Positions 51,046 through 60,481 of a DNA stretch of 64,000 bases are shown here, piece after piece. Made by a program: the position numbers and the translations under genes. The notes under the pieces are model-generated. The model saw only the letters and a program-made list of their open reading frames with translations. It was not told the DNA's origin and did not search any database. Position 1 is the first letter of the stretch, and every line of letters begins with the position of its first letter. Origin of the DNA: Phoronis australis (Eukaryota; Animalia; Phoronida); the NCBI GenBank assembly GCA_002633005.1, contig NMRA01000478.1:97014-161013 (forward strand), written 5' to 3'.

Positions 51046-51819
51046 GTTAATCAGGAGAACTACAGTTGAGTTGTAGTGAAGAGAATCAGCAGTTACAGCG
51101 ATAGTCAATAGAGAGCCAGCTATAGAGATAGCAGGTTATTGAATCAACGAGTGGAACAGTTGCTTGAAGTATCTCAGAAGTTCAACACAAGTCAAGGCTT
51201 CGCAGCACTGGCTGGAGCATGAACAGACATTACGTCGGACGATTTGTTTGAGTAGGCTTGTGAACGTACGGTCGGGATTAATAAAGGATTAACTCGAACT
51301 AGTCTTCAGTCAATCTTCGCACCGAAAGCTATTAGCACCGGTCTGTAACAACCTGCGCCCACCCACACACGGGGAAAAACGTGACAACCTTCAAGGCTCT
51401 AATTGTGGATATTATTGAGGCTGAACGAGGTTACATGAAAGAACGCCACGTGTTGAAACTGGACCTTTTTTACAAGTGCTTCTATAGGCCATTGAAACTA
51501 GAACCCAGTGAAATGAAAGCCAAAAGCTGAGTGACATTAAATTTTCCTTTCAGAAGAAAGGCTTTATACTATTGGTAAAAACTTTTCAATTTGGTACAGA
51601 TTATGGGGAAATGACATTCAGTAACTGCATCTTATTGAATGTTTTCAATTGTAGCTAGCTGGATAAGAATCTGCTATGAACAAGATTCGTGAATAAAAAA
51701 TTATCAGTGTATTTAAAAACAAATGGCAAACTGAACAAGCACAGAAAAAAACAACATTGCGTGGGAGTCCATAATCAGGCATATCATGTGCTGAATTTCT
51801 GAATTACATTCAATTATCT

Positions 51820-52770
51820 CAGTTTATTGCTGAAGGATTGCTTTTCACTTTGTCCAACGGTGAAATAGATGGTCCGGCGGTTGGTTTCAGTTGTTTTTTC
51901 TTGCCTGTAACAGAATAGAAATATTAGCAAATTGTAAAAGAAAAGACTTTTGTAAGGCAGAACATACTTGACATTTCATCTTCATGTTTATGTGTAGAAA
52001 CTAATAACCTTTGTACCCAAGTCTTATTTAATATCTGAATTAAAATATGTGAAACAGGCTAAAAGTGATTTAACAATGTGTATTTTTCATGACACTTAAA
52101 ATGTGCTTCTGATCTCAACAAGTAAAATTCATTCTAGGTGTCAATTTTTTTCCAATGCAATGTTACGACATTTACTGAATTAAGGCTTATTCATGTTAAT
52201 TTGATAACTGAGCCGGTGGTCCTGGGGATGGGGTCCGCGATAAAGTAAGGAAACTCACCCATCTAGAAAATTTTATTGGAAACAGCATAGTTGAAGAGAA
52301 GCTGCTGTGAAAAAGTCACTCTTGACTTCTGTGCATCACGTACCATACACTTCTTATTTTGGGAGCACTCCCACCCAGGACAATATGATATGAATATGTG
52401 CTGCTAGCCTACCCGGCATCGGGTGAGTTTCCAAAAAGAAACACTTAGTTCCACTCAATAAAACTGTTATTCAGTGGGGGTAACTGGTGGGGATAACATC
52501 ACCGAACGATGTTGACAGAAACTGATTGCTAAAAACTTACCAAGTAATGTTGTGTAGTCTCCGAATGGAACTGCTTAGTCATACAGCAAACACGGGGCTT
52601 CAGCATCCACACACTTTTTGTCAGTTAGTTGACCCTATTGACCGCAATTGCCCACGGATATAGTAACCTTAGGTCTTTTGGGAATTTGTGGCCACCTGTC
52701 GAAGACATGCACCAGGGAAATTAGCAGTAATAAGGCTTAGCGCGACGACGTATTTTGATAAAAATTCCAT
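51820..52770 (-). pseudogene. Two-exon THAP-domain relic (DNA transposon-derived); exon 1 52770-52541, exon 2 from 51904
   Basis: YYC*FPWC..GGHKFPKDLRLLYPWAIAVNR..W..RVC..QF..GDYTTLLG|KKKQLKPTAGPSI. GTAAGT donor at 52540 and TTCTGTTACAG acceptor at 51905 join in phase. Confidence 0.7.
52249..52432. mobile_element. Small IR-bounded element inside the THAP intron
   Basis: GGAAACTCACCC ... GGGTGAGTTTCC 12-bp perfect IR. Confidence 0.45.
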
Positions 52771-54049
52771 CTTTTACCAGTTGTTTACATGCAGACAGCC
52801 ACGCATGCGCAATTCAATCACCACTAGTAAAGCAGCGACACCGCGAGGAGAATTCTCCGAATAGCCTCATTGTAAGATGACTTCACCTCACACAGTGATA
52901 TGTTTAGTTTGGCACAAACTTCTCACAGAAAAATACCTGACAGAAAAATGTCAACATTACGGCCGGGAATTATGTAACAGCTAAAAGTGAATTATCAAAG
53001 CTCTTTATGTATATTTGACATGAAGGATTAATTTTGGCATGGTGAAATGATTTATTGTATTGAGTTTTTTGGGTGAACGTTGTAACAAGTTTGCCATCTG
53101 AGATCAGTGACACTTGATACACCTGGCTGGTTCCCCGGCTGTGTTTCCGCTAGGGGTTAGAGAACACGCAGGTATCACTTAATTTTCGTAGGGAAATTTT
53201 TGTACACCGGAATTTCTGATTGGCTGGTCGAATTTTCAACAGGAATCATTTTACGTATCATAACAAACTGGCATGACAGATGAAGGAAATGGAACTTTGT
53301 GGATGTAGTGTGTGATGTGTTGTCGGTGCTTAATTCATATTCAATAAATGTGAATCAGGAAACTGTGGTTGAGCCTTTTCGTAGCGCATTTGTCTACTAT
53401 TGCTGACTTTTGTTTACGTTGATGTCCTGTATTCATACAGTATGAATAACACAGCGGTTAAATCGGCAAGATGTGTGTGCATTGTACATTGCCTACATGT
53501 TTGTGCTTCAAGCACGCGGCTATTAAACGATAGTGTAGACAACGAAATATTTGCTGTCATGCCACTGACAGGGCTAAAAATCGCTCATAGTCCTCCATAT
53601 TCTTTCTTTTTTGTAAACCTAACCATTGACTGTCGAGGTTACATCAACCAGTCTCATAACCTGGTTCCCGGGCCTCACAAGCTGACGTCACGGATTGCTT
53701 GTGAAGGCTCAGGTACAGGGCACTAGAACGATGGATTTCATTGGCTGATAGCTGGCAATTTTTAACCAGGAAGTTGACGTGCGCATGCTTATATCCAGTA
53801 ATAAATTATGAGGTCGCTAGGTGTCGCAAGAGTAAAAAGTTATTTTTGGGTTGCGTTTGCAGTCGAAGTCTTTGGTGAAGTAGCTGTTTATATGGTTATA
53901 TTATCAACGAACTGAGCTGAAATTCATGTAATTATCGATTCCTTATGATGTAAATAAACCTGAATTGACAATTGCTTCACCCTTTTCACTTGTCATTTTT
54001 CAGTTTCATTATTTGAAACCTTTTTATGAATTGTTTAGGTCTCTTACAG

Positions 54050-54204
54050 CAGGGGCGGATCCAGGATTTTGAGTTGGGGGAGGGGGGGCAGGGTCACAGT
54101 ATTTTGCTCGTCAGACATTCGCACCCCCACATTTCCAAATGGAATCTGGGAGAACTTTAGGCTGAGCCATGGCCCCCTTGCCCCCCCCCCTAAATCTTTC
54201 ACTG
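54050..54204 (+). mobile_element. MITE family C copy
   Basis: CAGGGGCGGATCCAGGATTTT ... CCCTAAATCTTTCACTG; homologous to 26790-26936. Confidence 0.75.
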
Positions 54205-57200
54205 TACATAGTTACAGTAGACACAGCTGGAGCCCAATTTCCACCACTTCGAGCAATCGTGGCCTACAGTGTTCACTCCCTAGAACACCACAATTTTCGA
54301 CCCTCCAGGTAGCAACAATTCTCGAGCTACACCCCTCCCCTCGTTGCCATAATATTTTCTTCTCTTCCCTCTTTGAGGTGGGATCCTGCACAACTTGAGG
54401 GTCCTAAGCAATTCAAATCACCTTGGTGAATTTAACATGCGTTGACTTTCAAACTTATTGGAGAATAACTGGCCATAATGACCAAAGTTCGAGCATGCAC
54501 TGAAAACAATTGCTTCCAAGGGCATCCAAAACACCTTGGGTGTTTTCGTAACCTCAAATTTCATCTAATAGGTGAACGCACTGAGCAAGTGTGCAGAGTT
54601 CAGTTAGCATATTATTCTTAAGACTGAAAATCACGTGACTTCCCATATTTTGGATAACGTTAATCTCTGAGAGGATAGTTGAGGCTACGAAAATAACCGA
54701 AGTGTTTCGATGAAAAATTTGTAAATTGGAAAATAGCCGAGGTGCTCTAGATGTTCCGAGGATAAATTTGTGGCTACGAAAATACCCGAGAGATATCCCA
54801 AATGGGCCCTAAGCTTTAGTTTTATGCATAATCTGGTACTAGAAGAATCTCCAACCACTTTGACAGTGGCTAAAAAACATTAGGTATGTGATCTGAGGTT
54901 TGGAGTTCAATGAAAATGTTGCCTAATGTTACAAATGCACGATCTTTTTATAAGGGTTAATGCTAACAACTGAATTATTTCGTAGTAATTCTTGGACAGC
55001 TGTCTTTTTCACTCATTAAGCTCGAAGAAGCTGGCTCAGAGATTCCTATTGTCAAAAATGAGTCTGGTGCCCAAAGTTTAAAAAATACAGGTATCGTAAT
55101 AAAACCCCTTCTGCAGTAGGAAAAGGTACCATTTGCAGTGTTTTTAACTTCCAGAGTGAAACCCGTTGTATTCATGGGAAAAAGTTTTCTTTGGTAGGGA
55201 TTTTTTCAAGCACCATTTTGAAGAGAAATTGTTTGAAAGAAATCACCCAGCTGAGTGTCATGTCCTGTATAAACCTGTGGGAGTACACCCTTGGAATGGT
55301 TTAAGGAGAGTACCCTGAAAGCCCAAGGATGGTGGAATGAACCCTATCCCTATAACAAACAATGTGGGTTGAACATCTTGGAGCAGAATTGTTGATTTCA
55401 GAATGCGCTTATCAGCTGGTGTCTGCTGTCTGTTTCCTTCGAATTAAACTCCTTTGAAGGTGCTATGAATGCATTGTATGTGACAAAGAATAAATTTTGA
55501 TCTGAACAACTTACCACTAGATACAGGAATTAGAAAGACTAAAAGGAAAATTTTCCAGATGATGTATCGTTTCACAAATAGGCTTATGTGATAGAAATAT
55601 TTTTCGTGTTGTAAAATTTAATTAATAAAAAGAAAAGTCTTTGCATGAATGAAGTAAAAGTAATGATAAAAAGAGGCTTGAAATCAAACAAGAGGAAATA
55701 AAAACAAAAAAATATGAAATCCTCTTAAAAGAGAAAATTCCAAGCCATGTTTCTATCCCTGTCTCAACTTGTTCCTTTGCGGACTTGGAAGAACTCAAAC
55801 TTTGTTATTGCTCGAAGCCATGGTTATTGCACCAGGTCTTAAGCAATAACAAACTATTGTTCAACGGAAGCCAATATGCCACATGTAATCTCAGTAAGGA
55901 ACAGTACGAGATCAGGAGTCTAACCACGACCACACACGCGAAGACTGACACCACACACTAGTATCCAAATCCAACTGCTGGATATGCCAATCTCCATGCG
56001 ACCAATTTTGATTAGATTTGTGCTACTATTTAGGCCAAAAACAACATTGTTGGTAGTGAGACCAATCTTATATTGTTACATGACAGTTCTAAAAAAAGGT
56101 TGGGTTAATAGCAGCTTAAAAAATGGTACACTTTGTGGACAAGTAACTTAAAATGGGTTAATTTTAGTACAGATGCTTTCTTATTCTTCACATTGTATTT
56201 AAATGCTTTTTGGGCTAAACAGGTTCTAGCTCAGTCTTGATGGATTGATTTGAAACCCTGAAAAGGGATTATTAGATCATGTTTTGGGAATACACCTCTA
56301 GAGTGATGCTTTCAATCCAAATTAAAATCAAAATTGTTTTGTCACTTCCAGTCCACTTCCTTGCAAGTTCAAGATAGTACTTAAGGACCACTAGATTCGA
56401 GCTAAAATTTGAGTAAAAACTGAAGATTTTTAGCAAAACCTCAAGCTAAGACTCAAACTCTTAGCTCCAATGCTGGGATCATTAATTGTCATAAATAATA
56501 AAAATAATCTCTCTTAAAAAGTTGAAACCCAGGGCCCAGGTGTTACTTTCATAATGGTCTATGCTTTCACAAGGCAGTGAAAGTGCAACTTGAATGGTAG
56601 TCGGGTCTTTAATAACCTATTTCCCCAGCACCATTGGTGTAGTCAGAATTATTCAACAGAAATTGTTGGCGACCAATGATTGTGATTGTGATGAGAGGCA
56701 ACCTGGAGGCACTGCATGAACAAGGGACATGGGAGCTAGGCAAGCACAAAACCGGAATGAGTTTCTATCAGAGGAAGGGTCTGCAGTGAAGATGGGGTAG
56801 CCCTGTAGTGCCCAGACTTAGTACTTCAGTCTATCCCTAACCTAAACCATATTTATGATCAATACATCAGCAAAATAAAGTTCCCAATGGTTAGACAAAT
56901 TTCATGACAGTTGTGTGATTTGTAGCCTATGAGTCTAATGTTTCTAGGAACACATTAATGACATCACGGTTTTTAATTTGATGTCAACGTGAGGGTGTTT
57001 GCCAGTGCAAATGTTCTGAAGCAATTCACACTGCCCAACTCTTGCCACGAGGAGACCCCTCAATAAGAGTCAAATTTGTAATTTTGAAAAACTGTTCGAA
57101 AAGACCGAAATGTTGACTAAAATCACTGCTGTATTATATAGATCCTAACCACAAGAATGACACACTAGCATGTTGTTCAAAACACTGAGCAAACACAATG

Positions 57201-58514
57201 GTAATAGTCACACACAGGGGACCCCCCACTTTGAAAACCATGAAGTGTTTTCAACTGCATAACAGGAACCTCTGTTTCACTGAATAGCAGACATTAAAAC
57301 TTGTTCTCAAAATGCAGATTGCCAGTGAGTGACTATTGCCTGGATAACAATACAACCCATCTAACGCGCAAGAAACCGTCAATTTGCGTTAAGTGACCCA
57401 ACTCAAAATCTTTGAAGTACCCTGAGCTCCCAATTTTGAAATGTGAGATATATTTGCAACTAGTCATTTCAACGAACCAGGTTTTTAAATCCACTTGCAT
57501 ACAATGTCTAACTCCAGGATGCTTTGATTACAGAGAACCTTAGTAGTTTCGGAATGTTTTAGAATGGTTCCGAGACAATGTTTTGTAATTACACTGAAAT
57601 TAATAGATGATTGTTGCAAACTGCAACACTTGATGACATGTGAATGTGGAAAGCAAAAAATGAAGCAGTCGACGAGTCGGGGTCCAGGAGAGAGAGGACA
57701 CTTGCATAGATTGCATATGACCAAATGTGCCCCTCTGACCAGTGACTCAGGCATTACAAAAGCCAGCATGAAATGGCGAATTTCCAAATAAATTCCACAC
57801 AAAAATATTTACTTTTTGGTTTGAACTGTATAAAATGATCCATTTTTCCACCAAAACCACTAAAGGTTTCATATGCAACTGAGGCTTGTTGTGTTAAAAA
57901 GAATACAGCCCAGAGAGATTCTTGCTGAATTTCAATTCCCTGTAAATAATACCTTTGCATAATTATTTTTTCAGAAAAGTTGACTCTTTCATTGAGGCTC
58001 TCACCAAAATGGGTTAGTTTTAATGACTGTGCAAACTCACAAAAGGGTGAGGTTTTATCTTGCTGATTATAGAAAAGAGTGCGGTATAATCATAATTTCA
58101 CAGCAACAAACAACCTCCGAAATAATTGAATACTCCGTATGACTGTACAATGGCAGTCAAAGGCACTGCTGAAAGGTACTGCTAAAAGGCACTGCCAAAA
58201 GCGATAAAATCAGTCATTATAATACTATTGCTAGACTGATTAATGTTTGCGTGTTTAGGACCATTGACTGTATTTTTATGCTCCTAACTTCTGTTAGAAG
58301 TGACAAGTGTGCCAGTGACAGTGTATTATATCCTTATCTGACCCACCAGTTCAACCTTCGCGGCATTCACGGGAACTTATATAACGCACATGAACATGTT
58401 AACATACGAGAGGGTGTGCTGTGAAAAGATCGAGACAATCTCCCATGGCCGCGACGCACTCAGCTAGTCCTTACCCCGCTATTCGGTGCTATAGTACGCG
58501 ACTGTTGTTGTGGG

Positions 58515-58606
58515 CACAGGCGTCCTCAGCTTCTGATCGTCCCCAATACACTACATATCATTATATGTAGTGTATTGGGGACGATCAGAAGCTGAGGACG
58601 CCTGTG
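58515..58606. mobile_element. 92-bp perfect fold-back MITE with 8-bp TSD (P/Galileo- or hAT-type)
   Basis: 44-bp perfect arms, 4-nt loop CATT. TSD GTTGTGGG at 58507-58514 and 58607-58614; CA..TG termini. Confidence 0.92.
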
Positions 58607-59044
58607 GTTGTGGGTGGCCTAATCCTAATGCCTGGAGTAATGGTAATGGGAATGGCAAGTAATGCCTTTCTTCCACAAATTATTTCGTAAAAAACACATT
58701 ACTTCAGAATCCAGCACAGTATATTGGAAAATTATCATAAAATGTTTCGTGTACGTTACTGGTGATGTATTCCTTGACTCGTTAGCTTTGAAATGCAGGA
58801 GTTCGATCAAAACATAGAGATTTAAACAGCTGTAAATCCACCGACATTCTTTCACTGGAAGTCGCCATGTTGGTGAACTAGTTTGACCTATTATACAACT
58901 CACCAATAGAATGCCTTGTTTCTTGAAATCGGAACAGCCAATGATATTCCAAGAATGCGAATGGAAAAGTGCCCTGTAGCAGACCCCAACCAACCTCGAG
59001 GGTCTGTGCAGGAGACTACCAGTCTCAAAACGCAAGGTACATCC

Positions 59045-59332
59045 ACTTCCTGGTTTATGAACTCTCGTGACCACTTTTCAGTATAGGTAGCGCTATGCCG
59101 GAGATTTTGAGGGCCGTCCGTGTGACGTCAGCAAAAAGTAGGTCATACAAAAGGTGTGTACTGGAGTCCAGGAAACTATAAAATGTTTGCTGGAGTGCAG
59201 TTAGTGGTAGAGGTCATGTCGACCAGGAGTAGTCAGAGGTTGCTGATCACCATGTCATATATCTCTTCTGCTTCGAAAATAAATCGACGTTCAGTGGTGT
59301 GAGGAGGAGAGATTAGATTGCAATCGGTAAGA
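59045..59332 (+). promoter_or_regulatory. Candidate TLR promoter and non-coding first exon
   Basis: ETS ACTTCCTGG at 59045, CRE TGACGTCA at 59123, TATAAAA at 59177, donor-like G|GTAAGA at 59327. Matching acceptor TTTTTCAG at 60472, 9 nt before the ATG. Confidence 0.4.
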
Positions 59333-60481
59333 AACGTTGATTTGCCCATTTTCCCATCTGGGATGATCCCTTCAAAGTTGGAAAAAAGTTCGGATTTATA
59401 CAGAATTCCACATTTTTGCCACTAAGTAAAGGATTTGAAGGCTGTCTTAAAAAAACGTTTCCATTTTTGTGCCTCACAAATTATACCCGTGAACACAACA
59501 GGGATTTGCTTCATGATTGAATGTTTGCAGGTGTTATTCTGGCTAGGTGTATGTGAAAAAGTGTAAAAACTAACTTTTGATTCATACCAATTGCCGTTAT
59601 CAATAATTGGTCTCAAATTCATCCTGTCTAAAATTAGAAGTGATTTCGTGCCTTAGGAAGAACTGATAGTTCGTTGCTGCTTGAAACCAAGCACACTATG
59701 CAGACTTGACCAAGAGGTCATTATCTGTCAGTCATGACTTCGAGCATGAGCGAATTGTCAGTTCGTCGCAAGCCTGAGGCGTCCTTGTAATCTTAGTAAG
59801 GAACAATTTAAGACTATTTTATGACTGCACGCTGCACGCGGTCTGAATCCAACGTTTTTGAAGAGATGGTAGGGGGGGGGGGGGGGGGGGGGGNCAGAAT
59901 TGCACTGCTCAATCACGGTTCTCTAAAGTCCACGTAAAATGTTCTTTTAATGCTAATGTACTTTACACTGATATCCTGAAGGGTTCCTTAGCTATAATTT
60001 ATCGTGGATTATCTAAAGATTCATATTTTCCATTTTGTCTTTGCCACTGCAAATCTACAAAACATAAGTATGTCACCGAATTCCCTTTATATTTCATACA
60101 TCCACCTAAACAGAGGCACGTGAAATTCATATTGGGTCACTGAAAAAGTGATCTAATTAACTAGTGATTGAAGTAATTTATTTCGTTGCCCGATGCCATA
60201 TTAAGTACAACTATATAGCTTTCAACATACCACTTAAAGTTTTTACGACTGTATAATATAGATTTCCTTACAGGTGCCTCTATTTAGGGGGCTGTATCTA
60301 ATTTGGTGAACGGCACATATTTTTGTAGATTTGATGTAGGCAAAGACCAAAATACAAAATTTGAAAATTAAACATGTCAACGTGGAATTAACACTGCCAA
60401 ATCTTTTTAATGAGACACTGAACTTTTATGTAATGCGCTTCTTTATATACTATGTGCTGTATACTTTTTCAGATAACAAAG

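Larger units (their letters stand above)
50536..51386 (+). mobile_element. Solo LTR of an LTR retrotransposon (851 bp)
   Basis: ACCTT|TGTCA ... TGACA|ACCTT (5-bp TSD, TG..CA ends). TATAAATA at 50876, AATAAA at 51280. Confidence 0.92.

Noticed and set aside
55801-55853. TTTGTTATTGCT...AGCAATAACAAA inverted repeat as a pre-miRNA
   Set aside because: Only a 12-bp AT-rich stem with a large loop; insufficient evidence.
58625-59074. 149-aa minus-strand ORF upstream of the TLR
   Set aside because: Non-ATG start, no domain or composition support.
59872-59894. Poly-G run as a G-quadruplex regulator (also at 30426)
   Set aside because: Homopolymers end in Ns, so their length and sequence are unreliable.
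60452-60481. ORF-track start of the TLR (MCCILFQITK)
   Set aside because: Overlaps a polypyrimidine-CAG acceptor; the next ATG gives a better signal peptide.
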